A stretch of DNA of 64,000 bases, taken from assembly GCA_016927185.1 (NCBI GenBank), contig JAFGND010000060.1:36035-100034 (forward strand). Reading direction: 5' to 3'. The stretch's first letter is position 1. Each line of letters opens with the position of its first letter. Under the pieces are notes generated by a model. The model saw nothing but the letters and a program-made list of their open reading frames with translations, was not told the origin of the DNA and did not search any database. The translations under genes were made by a program, and so were the position numbers. Positions 33,919 to 45,000 of this stretch are shown in pieces. The stretch comes from Candidatus Coatesbacteria bacterium. Lineage in GTDB: Bacteria; JAFGND01.

Positions 33919-34379
33919 AATTTGTTCAAAATCGTCTTTTTTATCACTTTTCTGACACTTCTTTTTCATTTCTTGCTTATTCAAGCTCTTAATTGTGAAC
34001 TTTTTTAAACTTCCTCTATTGATAGTTTCCTGTTGCATGGAGTTCAAATGTTCTTTCATCTTGCATCGGAGTTATTGACGAACTAAAACTATGAACAAAA
34101 CAGGAAGTCTTTGAATGCCATTGATTTACAAAGTAAAACACCTAATGATATGTCCTGTAATGATTTACTTCATTGTATTAGTATGTTAGTTTGAATATCA
34201 TGAATTAATCAATAGTATTCATGATGGTTTAAGGGCATAATTTTATTCTAAATCACAGGCAAAGGATCATGGGATAATAATTCAGTAAATATTAAGTACT
34301 TAATATCATAAGATTGTCATTTATACAAACATATTAAGATCTATAAAAGATTTCAGGGGATGCTTTTATTTGATCTCTC

Positions 34380-35306
34380 CTAATCTTCCTTCCTGAATTC
34401 CTCTATATACTTGATAAAGACCTTTCTGAAAAGAACTATATTCTCATAAAACCAGTTGAAATTGTTTTGCCTTTCTTTATCATAAACATCCGATACATAC
34501 TTTCTTTTTATTATTCTTTTTTGTGGAGTAGAATCTTTCCATTCCAGCTTTTCTCCAATCTCTTCTTCTATTTCATGTTTCTTTTTTTCAAGAAAATCAA
34601 ATAAAGGTTTGTCATATGTGTCCAAGCCACAATCTAAAGCTCTATCTTTCGTTCTAAGTACTAAATCAATATTTACATTTTTCTTCCCTATATTAAAAGT
34701 ATAATAATGTATTGGTTTCGGTTTACTAAAGCTCGTTTTTGTATCTTTCTTCACAATGTATTCCCTGAATTCAGTCCAGAAAGATAGTCTATTATTTTCC
34801 GTCTCCGTCATATCTCCTCTATAGGCTTCTTTCAAAGACTTTGCCCATTCATTAGGACTCACTATTATCTGGAACTTTGGTGCAGGTTTTGAATCTTCTA
34901 TCTGCCAGACTTCAATCTTGATTAGAAAGAATGAAATATTTTCATCAGTATGTTCATTAAGCCAATTAACAGCATTCTTATGATCATCAGTAAATTCTTT
35001 CACAATCCAGATAATGATTTCTGCATCCAGTCCTGAAGCATACACAAGCAACTTCCCAAGATGATCATGATTAGTAGATTCCAGCTGGTTTTCAATTACA
35101 ATTTTTCTGCTTCTTTCATCTTCTGCATAAATATCAGCTTTATAAGCTCCAAGAGGCTTTTCAGTCTGAATAAGATTAATATCTATCCCTATTTCCTCAC
35201 CAAGCATGTCAAGATTCTCTTCTTCTGCCAGCCACGGTGTGAAATCCTTACCTTCATCTTTCCAAATATCTCTTAACGGTCTTTTTTTTAGTTCCGATAG
35301 TTCCAT
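34380..35306 (-). CDS. DUF4268-like protein with an N-terminal PD-(D/E)xK-like module
   Basis: YKADIYAEDERSRKIVIENQLESTNHDHLGKLLVYASGLDAEIIIWIV...AVNWLNEHT...ISFFLIKIEVWQI...APKFQIIVSPNEW is present. It lies 40 nt downstream of the methyltransferase on the same strand. Confidence 0.6.
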   Translation of the reverse strand: MELSELKKRPLRDIWKDEGKDFTPWLAEEENLDMLGEEIGIDINLIQTEKPLGAYKADIYAEDERSRKIVIENQLESTNHDHLGKLLVYASGLDAEIIIWIVKEFTDDHKNAVNWLNEHTDENISFFLIKIEVWQIEDSKPAPKFQIIVSPNEWAKSLKEAYRGDMTETENNRLSFWTEFREYIVKKDTKTSFSKPKPIHYYTFNIGKKNVNIDLVLRTKDRALDCGLDTYDKPLFDFLEKKKHEIEEEIGEKLEWKDSTPQKRIIKRKYVSDVYDKERQNNFNWFYENIVLFRKVFIKYIEEFRKED

Positions 35307-35346
35307 ATTTTCCCCTTTCTTCTATTTCATTTAAAACTAACGACTT

Positions 35347-38300
35347 TCATTCTCCAAGCAATTCCTCTTCATCCTCTTCAACAATCTTTTTTTTCCTTGA
35401 TATTTTTGCAGGGAGGGATTTGAGTTCTTCTTCGTGGTATTTGTGGTTGAGCTCTAAGAGACGTTTCAAAATCTCTCGTCTTGCAGTTTCTGATATTGTA
35501 TATCTTATCCTGTCTTCTTCAGGCAGATAGTCAACTTCATGGAAGGAATGCTCAAGATTGACATTTGTCCAGCCGTATGCTTCCAACACCTTGTCATCCA
35601 TATTCTTATGCAGTTCACGTAGTTTCAGAATATCTTGATAAGCACTTCCAGAAATATCCTCGTCTTCCAGTTTGCTTTCCTGTCTTACTTTCTCTACTGT
35701 CAAGTCCTTGTCATGAAACAGGTTATAAGTCTTTGTAAGTCCCAGTTTCATCTTAAGCATCATCTGCCGTCTATGTTCATGATAGGTTTTTCCGATTTCC
35801 TCCAAAGTCCTTTCCATGTCAGGAGTTAAGACAGGGAAGGGAAAGTTTTCAAAACAATCTGTTGGTGAATATCTTAGAACAATACCATATGTTGAACTAT
35901 ATTTTCTTACCCAAATATCGTAAAATGAGTTTTGTACTATACAATAGTCTATGAATGAATTTGAAGTAAATACAAACAAACCATCAGAAAAAATAAAAAT
36001 AGGTTGTGTTTTACTAAAGTTCAAATATTTGGTTCTTGCTCTAGCTACTACAAAACAACCATCCAGCTTTGACAGCGCGTTGTAGAGTGCTGGTCTTGAT
36101 CTATGAAAAAGCCACCAGTTTTCTCTAATATGGTTTTTGTTTTCGTTTGAGTCCTTCACAATCCTGTATGGTTCTTCATATTGCATTGCTTTTTCTTCTG
36201 GCCAGTCAAAGAAATTTATAATATATCTTGAGGGAGACTGGTCATATCTGTCATTCAAATCCTTGCCATTCAATAAAGGAAATATTACTTCTGCATTTTT
36301 GGGATTAGCTTCAATCAATTCATTTCTTTTATTTTCATCAAGGAGAAAACCTTCGCCTAGGAAAATCGAACCTTGAAACATCTTGTTTTTATTGTTATCT
36401 AAAGAATAAGGAGTGAGTAAGTCATCTTCAGGATAATAAGTAAGCATGGCACTTATATATGGAACAACTATATTATCCAATATTTTCCCTGACTTCATAC
36501 TCCTGATATCTTCTGTCTCTAAATTAACATCAGGTTGATAAAAATATCCTGTTTTAACATCAACTTTCTTTCTCAAGGAAAGCAAAGAAACAAAGACCTT
36601 GGCAATCCCAGGCCATCTTACAGAACGTTTTGCGAATACTATTTCTCCTTGCTTGTTGACTATATAAAACAGACCGCTTTCTCTTGTTCTTCCTTGTGAT
36701 ATAGTATTTGTTGCAATCAATGCACAAAAACCGTTCTCTTTCATAATTTCATAATCTCTTCTCAGGAAATAAGTTACAATATCACAACCACCAGATGGAT
36801 AATATTCCGTTTGCAGCCAATTTAGATAATCATCTCCATGTGTTCCGCTTATGGATTGCGTTCCAAGATACGGTGGATTACCAAGAATGCAGTCAAAGCC
36901 ACCTTGCTCCATGATTTCAGGAAATTCAAGAAAATAATGAAAAAACTGCTTTTTCTGTGCAATTTCAGAAGCTTTTCCTGCCTTCTTCTGATTGATTGTT
37001 CCAGGATTTTCTAGAAATTTCCTGAATTCACCATCAGTAACAAAATCTTGCTCATTATCAGAAGTCTTAGGCATGAAAAACTGCGCTGTTACAATGTCTG
37101 CAAGCTGCTTTGTCCTCCAGTAACCTGAATTATTCTTTATCTCGTCAAATCGCTTCTTCTTCTCATCAATCCTGTCTGCAGTGTCTTCTGGAAGCATATC
37201 AAGATACAAGTATTCCCTTATATATTCATCAGTTCCGCTCTTTATATCCGAAAAATCAAGTCCCTGTTGTGCAGCATTTTTCCTCTCATCCTTGTTTGTT
37301 CTCAATAATCTTCTTGAAACATCAGCATCATCTCCATAAATCTTCTTGAATGCCTCGTCAGGAATTCCTTTCTCAAGCTCGCTTTCATAAGCAAGCCCGA
37401 CAATTGCATCACCACATTTGATATGATGGTCCAAGAAACTCAAAGGTTCTCCAGGACAATGTGCCTCAAGCCACAAGGATACTCTGCATAACTCTACTGC
37501 AAGCTCGTTCTTATCCACTCCATAAATGCAATGCCTTATTACATCCCTGACTGCCTTTCGCAAATCAGGAGGGGGAGGCTGGTCTGATCTGCTTCTTACT
37601 CTTGCAAGTTCAAGTCCGATACGTCTTGCTGCATTCAGAAGCATGTGACCACTCCCGGAAGCAATGTCGCAGACCTTTATGGATAAAAGTGCCTTCTCCA
37701 CGTCAGCTTCCTTCCTCTTCTCTTCAATTATGTAGTCAAGTGAATGTCTAATGAGAGGTTGCACAAGCTCGTCAGGTGTATAATGAGAACCTGTTGTTGA
37801 ACGTTCATTTCCCTTGATGAGAGCGAATTCCCTTGCTTCAGTATTAATAAATGGCTTGAAGTCAAGCAAGCTTTCATATACTGAACCGAATTCCTCTACA
37901 TTAAGGGATGCATAATTTATGCGTCTTGTGCTTCCTGTCTTTGCATCAATAAAAGTGTTTATGGAACATATTGCAGAAAGAAGATCCCTGTTTTCAATGC
38001 AGCATTCATTCAATATGCTAATTGCCTGCTCCTTGAACAAATCTCCATTAAGCGGTTTTATCTCAAGAGCTTCTCCAAACCTTCCATTCTCGAATATCTT
38101 GAAAGTAAGAAGAAGAGCATTCCATAAATCGCTGTAATTGTTTTCATAAACATGCTTTTTTTCCGAAAGTTTTCTCAATCTGGTAACACTATAGTAATTA
38201 TAATAGATATCCCTGATGCTACTGTCCGTTCTATTTTCAAAAACAAGATTGCGCTCCTCAATGACTATGAGAAAAAGTATCTTGTAAACAAGCCTCAAGA

Positions 38301-39174
38301 GCAACCTGTTCAACTTCAGATCCGCTCCTTCATCCTTGAGGAAATCAGATAGTCTCTCCTGATTATCACACTTCTTGATGAAACCGTTTGCAAGTCTTTC
38401 TATGGATATCTTTACAGCCTCCGACAACTTGTCTCTTATCCTTGCTCCATGATCCAGAGCATCCTGATGATAACGCTCTAATATGCATTCAGAAGCAGTT
38501 TCTATTGACTGGGGCATCCTGCTTGAATGTATCAGTCTGAACATTATGGCAAATTCACTGAAAAGCTTCTCTTCAAGTATTTTCTCAAGATCGAATTCAA
38601 GATATGACAACCTTATCAATCTGCTGCAGTCTCTCAGAATTCTCAACCGCAAGCCGTCTGTAAGTATTCCATACAAATGCTCTTCAGTAAGATTAAGATA
38701 CTCCTGAATACATGAATGCGGGGAAAGCTTTCTTCTTTCTGCTTTTTCCATATCCTCGTTGAAGCCTATTATATAAACAGGAAGATTTGCCTTTCCTCTG
38801 TAATTTATTGGATAATAATTGTTATTGATTATTATGGCTGGCTCAGTTTTCTCAAGTTCATATCCAAGAAGACGCAGAAGTGGTTCAATAAAATAGACTC
38901 TTGTCTCTGATACACCTGTCTCAGTCTTTCCTGTTTCATAAGATATTGAGCTTTTTCCCTTTTCTATTATCCTTTCTCTATGCCTTTTGAAAATCGTCCA
39001 GTGAGCTTGTGCTTCTGTCCATAAATCAATGATGATTTCCTTCAACTTGACTTTTTTCTCAAATCCGAAACTTTCTGATGTCTGATGCGAAACCTGCTCA
39101 TCTCCTTCTGACAGCAGATCCAGTATATCATAGGAAAGTATTGATCCTTCTATGCGTATTGCATTGTATTTCAT
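35347..39174 (-). CDS. drmMI: Large gamma-class N6-adenine DNA methyltransferase (Eco57I/PglX/DrmMI-like) with a degenerate HsdR-N-like N-terminal domain
   Basis: Motif I is VCDIASGSGHMLLNAARR and motif IV is ILGNPPYLG. The N-terminus has ETRVYFIEPLLRLLGYELEK...YGILTDGLRLRILRD without a D/E-x-K triad. Its start shares 1 nt with the SNF2 stop. Confidence 0.65.
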   Translation of the reverse strand: MKYNAIRIEGSILSYDILDLLSEGDEQVSHQTSESFGFEKKVKLKEIIIDLWTEAQAHWTIFKRHRERIIEKGKSSISYETGKTETGVSETRVYFIEPLLRLLGYELEKTEPAIIINNNYYPINYRGKANLPVYIIGFNEDMEKAERRKLSPHSCIQEYLNLTEEHLYGILTDGLRLRILRDCSRLIRLSYLEFDLEKILEEKLFSEFAIMFRLIHSSRMPQSIETASECILERYHQDALDHGARIRDKLSEAVKISIERLANGFIKKCDNQERLSDFLKDEGADLKLNRLLLRLVYKILFLIVIEERNLVFENRTDSSIRDIYYNYYSVTRLRKLSEKKHVYENNYSDLWNALLLTFKIFENGRFGEALEIKPLNGDLFKEQAISILNECCIENRDLLSAICSINTFIDAKTGSTRRINYASLNVEEFGSVYESLLDFKPFINTEAREFALIKGNERSTTGSHYTPDELVQPLIRHSLDYIIEEKRKEADVEKALLSIKVCDIASGSGHMLLNAARRIGLELARVRSRSDQPPPPDLRKAVRDVIRHCIYGVDKNELAVELCRVSLWLEAHCPGEPLSFLDHHIKCGDAIVGLAYESELEKGIPDEAFKKIYGDDADVSRRLLRTNKDERKNAAQQGLDFSDIKSGTDEYIREYLYLDMLPEDTADRIDEKKKRFDEIKNNSGYWRTKQLADIVTAQFFMPKTSDNEQDFVTDGEFRKFLENPGTINQKKAGKASEIAQKKQFFHYFLEFPEIMEQGGFDCILGNPPYLGTQSISGTHGDDYLNWLQTEYYPSGGCDIVTYFLRRDYEIMKENGFCALIATNTISQGRTRESGLFYIVNKQGEIVFAKRSVRWPGIAKVFVSLLSLRKKVDVKTGYFYQPDVNLETEDIRSMKSGKILDNIVVPYISAMLTYYPEDDLLTPYSLDNNKNKMFQGSIFLGEGFLLDENKRNELIEANPKNAEVIFPLLNGKDLNDRYDQSPSRYIINFFDWPEEKAMQYEEPYRIVKDSNENKNHIRENWWLFHRSRPALYNALSKLDGCFVVARARTKYLNFSKTQPIFIFSDGLFVFTSNSFIDYCIVQNSFYDIWVRKYSSTYGIVLRYSPTDCFENFPFPVLTPDMERTLEEIGKTYHEHRRQMMLKMKLGLTKTYNLFHDKDLTVEKVRQESKLEDEDISGSAYQDILKLRELHKNMDDKVLEAYGWTNVNLEHSFHEVDYLPEEDRIRYTISETARREILKRLLELNHKYHEEELKSLPAKISRKKKIVEEDEEELLGE

Positions 39175-42014
39175 TACATTACCCCCTTGTCAGGGACGAG
39201 TATGTAAAGACCCAGCAAGTCTGGGGAAAGAGGATTCAATTTCCTGTAACTGCTTCCCTTATCAATGATTTTCTTGTATCTTTCATGGGATTCTATGAAA
39301 TTATCAAGCCTTGTTTCAGAAAGCAACTTGAGCCTTTCCTGCAGTCCTGTGTTGTAAAATCGCATTATTTCCTCAAACCAATATACCTTTTCTTCCTTTT
39401 CCATGTTTGCAGAAGGAGGCATGCTCAAAATCTTTTCTAGTTCTTCTCTGTCAGTGATCTCAACAGCATCTGATAGACCGGAATAACCGAAAAGAATCAC
39501 TTCCTCAGCATATATCTTTCTGCCTCTTTTCTTTTCCTCAATGACATGCCTTAAGCGAAGTATGAATATGCTCGTAATCTTATTAACTTCACTGGATTTT
39601 ATTACTGAAACTCTCCTTATGTAGTCATCACGAACTTCCTTGCTGAATGCTTGCGCTATAACCATTTTCGATAACTGCTCTACAAAAGGATGATTGCGTC
39701 CAATGTATGTAAATCCCTCATCTACAGGTGATTTGAAACTGATCTTTAATGTATCTTTCTTCTTGCTCTTGAAAAGCTCATGACTTAATATTTCATCAAG
39801 ATCTTGCGCATTAACATAATAGCCTTTGCCTGCTCCCTTGAGATTTATGCCTCGTATGGCTTGAACAGCATTTATTACGAATTTTTCGACTGCTTCAGGG
39901 CTGCCTATAGTATCATCCAGAGCAAGAAGATCTTCTTCAATCTCATTTGCTTTTATTGCGTTCTGGGCAAAAATCTCCCTTGATTCTTCCTCTCTTTTTC
40001 TGGCATTATCAATCTCTTCTTCTGCTTTCCTTGCAAGTTCTACATAACGAATATCTTCAAATATTTCCCCCTGGTCAATATGTCTGTCAACTGCCTCCTT
40101 TTTCAGTATCCCTTCAAATAAAAGATCCATAAGTGTTGCATTATCTTCTGGAAAAGGAACTGAAATACCTGTATTCTTCCTTATATTCTTTATCTTTTCA
40201 AGAAGAATATCCCAGATAACCTTGTCTATGCGATTATTCTCTCCAAGTATATAATAGACCTTGACTTCCTTGCACTTCTGACCAAATCTGTCTATTCTGC
40301 CTTCCCTTTGCTCAAGCTTGTTGGGATTCCAGGGCAAATCATAATGAATGACTGCATTGAATTTGTCCTGCAGATTAATACCTTCGCTCAAGCAGTCTGT
40401 TGCAATAAGAATCCTCTTTTCATACAACAACATGTCATCAATTCTTATTTTTCTTGTTTCATCGTCATCCTCGCTTGTAACAGCCTGAACAATTATTGAC
40501 TTATGAATCTTTTCCAGTTCTCCCTTCAGGAATTCTTCTATATATTTTGCAGTATTAATAAATCTGCAATACACAATTGTATTGAATCCCTCTTTCAACA
40601 GGCTTTTCAGTATTTCATTCAATTTTGCAAGTTTGCTGTCATTTTCCAATCCCTTGAAGCTTTCAAGTTCTGATGCAAATTCCGATAATTTTCCCTTTTC
40701 ATATGAGTTGAATTCAGTCCTGTCAATTATATCAGTTCTGATATTATCATCAGGAGTGAAATCCTTCTCTATATATGGAATATCATCCTCTATTTCCTCT
40801 AATCCCTTGTCTTCCTCCCTTTTTATCCTGTTCTTCAGCATTTCAATTCCTGATGCCGGGCTTGAAGTTATACCTCTCAGAAGAACAAGTGCTGACCAGT
40901 ACCTGAATTTCTGCTGAATTGCTTTAAGAGTATTGTCTTTTTTCATCAGTTTCAAGGCAAAAGTGTGTATTTTTTCATAATAAGCCAGGAAATTATCGCT
41001 GAAACTGTAATAGAAAACATTAGGTATTCTGTTCGGGAAAGGTGTCTCTTCATTAAACCATTTTTCTAGATCATTCCTTCTTCTTTGAACATAGTATTTT
41101 GCAATCTGTCTTCTTTGCTCTGCATCTGCAGTCGTTATATCCATTTCAAGGAAATCATTGCTTATCAATCCCAGAAGTGATTGAAATTCATCTATTTTAC
41201 CACTGTGTGGAGTTGCTGTAAGAAGTATCAATCCTTTATCACTGTTTTTTGCAAGTTCCTCTACAATGCTGTATCTGAGTTTCTGACTGTTATTTGTACC
41301 TGAAGGTCTTGAACAAGAATGTGCTTCATCAATAACTACCATTTCAGGTGCATTGATTATGAATTCATTTCGTCTTTTCTCGAATTTTATGAAATCTATT
41401 GATATTATCTGATAGGGATAGTAATCATAAATGCTTCTGTCGCCATGCATTTCCCTGTCCAGTCTTCCCTGAGTATTAGTCCTTATTATTACAGGATCAA
41501 TACCCATTTTCTCCTGCATTTCCTTTTGCCACTGATCACAGAGATGAGGGAGACAGAGAACTGCAAATTTTTTTATCTCTCCTCTTTCAATAAGCTCTTT
41601 GAGAACAAGAATCGTCTCTATTGTCTTGCCGACACCTACATCATCAGCAATGAATAGTCTGATATTCTCTTTCTGACGCAATGCCATCACAAGTGGAACT
41701 ATCTGGTAAGCTCTTGGTCTGAAAGATAATCTGGCAATTGATCTGAAGGTGCTTGATGAACTTCTTATGGATAGTCTTATTGCATCAAATAGAAGCATGG
41801 TCAAAGATTTCTCACCTATGTCACTTTTGTCAGGCAATGGAAAAGTATAGGGTTCAAGATTATCAAGCTGCATACCAAGCTGCTTATAGATTCCTACTGT
41901 CTCTTCTTCAGTTCCATTCAATGGTTGAAGCAATACCAAATCATTATTATTGGATGGAATTTTTACCCATTGCCTGTTCCTGAACTTCACCAAAGAGCCA
42001 TCTTCAAAAAACAT
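39174..42014 (-). CDS. drmD: SNF2-family helicase (DrmD-like)
   Basis: Motif I is LFIADDVGVGKTIETI, motif II is MVVIDEAHSC, motif III is LLTATPHSGK and motif VI is EQREGRIDRFGQ. The region before motif I (SFRPRAYQIVPLVMAL) resembles DISARM-associated SNF2 proteins as I recall them. Confidence 0.65.
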   Translation of the reverse strand: MFFEDGSLVKFRNRQWVKIPSNNNDLVLLQPLNGTEEETVGIYKQLGMQLDNLEPYTFPLPDKSDIGEKSLTMLLFDAIRLSIRSSSSTFRSIARLSFRPRAYQIVPLVMALRQKENIRLFIADDVGVGKTIETILVLKELIERGEIKKFAVLCLPHLCDQWQKEMQEKMGIDPVIIRTNTQGRLDREMHGDRSIYDYYPYQIISIDFIKFEKRRNEFIINAPEMVVIDEAHSCSRPSGTNNSQKLRYSIVEELAKNSDKGLILLTATPHSGKIDEFQSLLGLISNDFLEMDITTADAEQRRQIAKYYVQRRRNDLEKWFNEETPFPNRIPNVFYYSFSDNFLAYYEKIHTFALKLMKKDNTLKAIQQKFRYWSALVLLRGITSSPASGIEMLKNRIKREEDKGLEEIEDDIPYIEKDFTPDDNIRTDIIDRTEFNSYEKGKLSEFASELESFKGLENDSKLAKLNEILKSLLKEGFNTIVYCRFINTAKYIEEFLKGELEKIHKSIIVQAVTSEDDDETRKIRIDDMLLYEKRILIATDCLSEGINLQDKFNAVIHYDLPWNPNKLEQREGRIDRFGQKCKEVKVYYILGENNRIDKVIWDILLEKIKNIRKNTGISVPFPEDNATLMDLLFEGILKKEAVDRHIDQGEIFEDIRYVELARKAEEEIDNARKREEESREIFAQNAIKANEIEEDLLALDDTIGSPEAVEKFVINAVQAIRGINLKGAGKGYYVNAQDLDEILSHELFKSKKKDTLKISFKSPVDEGFTYIGRNHPFVEQLSKMVIAQAFSKEVRDDYIRRVSVIKSSEVNKITSIFILRLRHVIEEKKRGRKIYAEEVILFGYSGLSDAVEITDREELEKILSMPPSANMEKEEKVYWFEEIMRFYNTGLQERLKLLSETRLDNFIESHERYKKIIDKGSSYRKLNPLSPDLLGLYILVPDKGVM

Positions 42015-45000
42015 TATCTCACCTTCTTGAAAATATATTTATATTTGGCAACCCAATCATCCAGATTGTCTTTATAATCATAGACTATAACATGATAACC
42101 AGATTCTTTCAAACTAGTTCTCTGTTCTTTATCTCTTTCTTTCACATCATCCTTTTCATGTACACTTCCATCTATAAAAACAAGAATGTCAGGTTTGTAA
42201 AAGAAATCGCAGCAAGAATATATATCTTTTGTTCTTACCTGGGCGTCATCAGGTAGCTTTAATCCATTTTTAAAAAGGAATTCAAGGAAAACGCTTTCAG
42301 TAGCAGAATTCTTGTCTACCTTGCTTCTTATTCTTTCATGCTGTTCTTCATAGGATTCATTGCTTAGTGTCTGTTTTATTGTAATCCTGCTTTTAATTAG
42401 AACATCAAGCAATTCCTTTATCTTGAATCTGTCTATCTCATTATGATGTCTCTGGTTGTAGTAACTCAACAGATCATCATATGAAGCCAAATCCTTATAT
42501 TCCTCATCATCAAATCTGCATATTTCATAAGCATTGGCAAAGACATTTGTAAACCGCTTAAACTCTTCGGTAAATGATTTCAAGATACCAAGACTGCCTT
42601 CAACATTCTCGAACAAGAGTATATTTCTCTTGTTTCCTTCGCCAATCATTTCCCCACCAATTTCACCTTCTTCAGCATTGTATTCTTTATTAATGCCTGA
42701 TATAAGGGAATAAAGAAAAGTGATATTTCCCCCGCTGTTCCATTCTTCAATATTAATTGCATCAGTCGGTTCAAGATAAATGATGTCAGAAATAAATGTT
42801 GTATATAACTTCACTCTTCTGAAATCTTGGTTACCGGTTTCCTTTTCACTTCCCCAATCTCCGTTTTTGTAATTAAGCAGGAAGCCTTCTTCATCTTTTG
42901 TTGTCCATTTGGAATTCACTCTGTAAAGAAGAGCACTAGGTATATATCTTGCTTTGAAAAGATCGCCTATCAAGATTTCAGTTGCTTTTTCAAGCCCGTC
43001 AGGTGATGCAAAAAGAGTCTTGATTTCATATCCTTTTGAAATCCTGTTTTCTTCTTCGCATGATATTCTTGAACTTCTTTCCGTCTTCATATTCTGCAGT
43101 TCTATGAGATTATTCAGGTTAACAAGAGGCTGGGTATCATTGAATGTTTTCTGGCAGAAAGGACAGATGTCTTTACTGAATTCATCCTTTATCATTATAT
43201 AACCCGTATTCCTGCATACTTTTGCTTTTTCAATCCTGTTCAGAACGTCCCTTTCTTCAGTTGGCAAGATCATTTTTGTTATTCTGTATTTTGAACCTGA
43301 ATGATAAATCAGGTTTTGAGGACCTGACTCATTAATCGCAATACCTCTTGCTCTTGATATGTATTCTCCCTTTATTCCATCTGAAATATATGTCCAGATG
43401 GGAAGCCTTGAGAAATTAAAACCTGGAAGAAAGCCTTCTGATGCAAGATATCTGTAAGGATAAAAATCACTGTTATAGGAAGAACCTTTGTTTTTTGAAT
43501 CATTCATCAAGAAGTCCAGCTGAATTTTAGCTTGTTTCACTCTTATTTCTGCATCTATCCATTTCTCACTTGTTTTTTTCAGGAAATGGTTTTGCATGTC
43601 ATTTAATGCTGTTTTTAATTGTGCATTTGCTGATGAGTAAAGTTCCCTGAATCTCTTCAATGCCATGTCAAAATTATCACAAAGATGATCAATCTGGTTA
43701 TTTATCCATTCAGGATTCAGCCAAGAAAGGTCTTTGGGGTGATTGTTTCTAATATCCTCAGTAACTCTACTGAAGACATCAAAAATCTCTTTCTTTGTTG
43801 CATTATTAAGATTAAGCTGTTGTTTACTTTCTTCTTTTAATGGTAAGCCTTCCTTTTCTATATCAACTATATCTCTTAGTGAATTTCTCAAATCAAGATT
43901 GGCATATGAAAGACAGATTGAATTTAAATGTGTTTCAAGGAGTTCCTTGTTTGTCAAATCCATATTAGCTGTTTTCACTGTACCAGAAACCATTTCCCTT
44001 GAATTTGCAAAATAGTGCCTGTCATGAGGGGAAAAAGGCGTGCAATAAGTGAAAATAATTGCAGGTTGTCCGCTTCTTCCTGCTCTTCCGCTTCTCTGTG
44101 CATAATTAGAAGGACTTGGAGGAACATTCCTCATGTATACCACGTTCAGTGTTGAAATGTCAATTCCAAGCTCCATGGTAGGAGAACAGAACAGAGCATT
44201 GACATTTCCTTTCCTGAACTCTTCTTCAATCTCTCTTCTTTTCTCACTACTTATCTGTCCTGTATGTTCCCTCGCAGTTATAGGAATAAAGAAGGATTCT
44301 CTATAGAGATTCTGAAAATACTCATTAGGAAGGATTTCAAGAGTACTTCTGAAAGGTGTTCTTACAGGATCGGGAAGCACTGTTTTCTCATTTCCTCGCT
44401 TCCATACTATATTATTCAATTCCAGTTGATATGTAAATATCTCTTCATTATTGCTATAAAGTTTGTCTTTTCTCAAAAAACCATTTTTAGAAAGTACATC
44501 AAACAATTCCTCCATGCACAATGCATATTCATCTTTGTTCAATAAATAAGTATTTTCCTTAAGTTCATTTCTCAAATACTTGCCTAGATAACTCTGGAAA
44601 CCAAGGGTTTTCGCATATCTTACTTTTCTTGCTTTTTTAATACTTCTAATTGTAAAAATGTAAGGTTCATCAATCTTGTTATCATTCTCAAATCTATATT
44701 CTTCAGATAAAAGCTCATTAATCCTCTTCATATTGATATCAATTTTACCATAGTTCATCAAGCTTTCACTGTAAATGGCATAGTTCTTTCTGAAATAATC
44801 AAATATTTGAAAGAGTAACTCTTGCCTTTTTTCTTTTGTAATTCCGTTGAATATCTTGCATTTTCCAGTGAACACATCTTCAGATATTTCCTTTAGATTC
44901 TTATACTCAATCTCAAGTAGTGCACATTGTTCCAGATTTGGGAACGCAGTTTTCCATTCAAATCTCAAATCATCAATGATTTTATATAAAAGATAATTTA

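Noticed and set aside
33801-33992. 63-aa plus-strand ORF
   Set aside because: It reads straight through the tRNA-Asn gene (33846-33918), so it is not coding.
33919-34379. Integrase remnant or att repeat next to the tRNA
   Set aside because: Neither strand translates to recognisable recombinase motifs. The only feature is a short 9-bp inverted repeat (atcatgaat/attcatgat) of no clear significance.
39078-39440. 120-aa plus-strand ORF spanning the SNF2/methyltransferase junction
   Set aside because: It is antisense to two genes with clear motifs and has no family resemblance.
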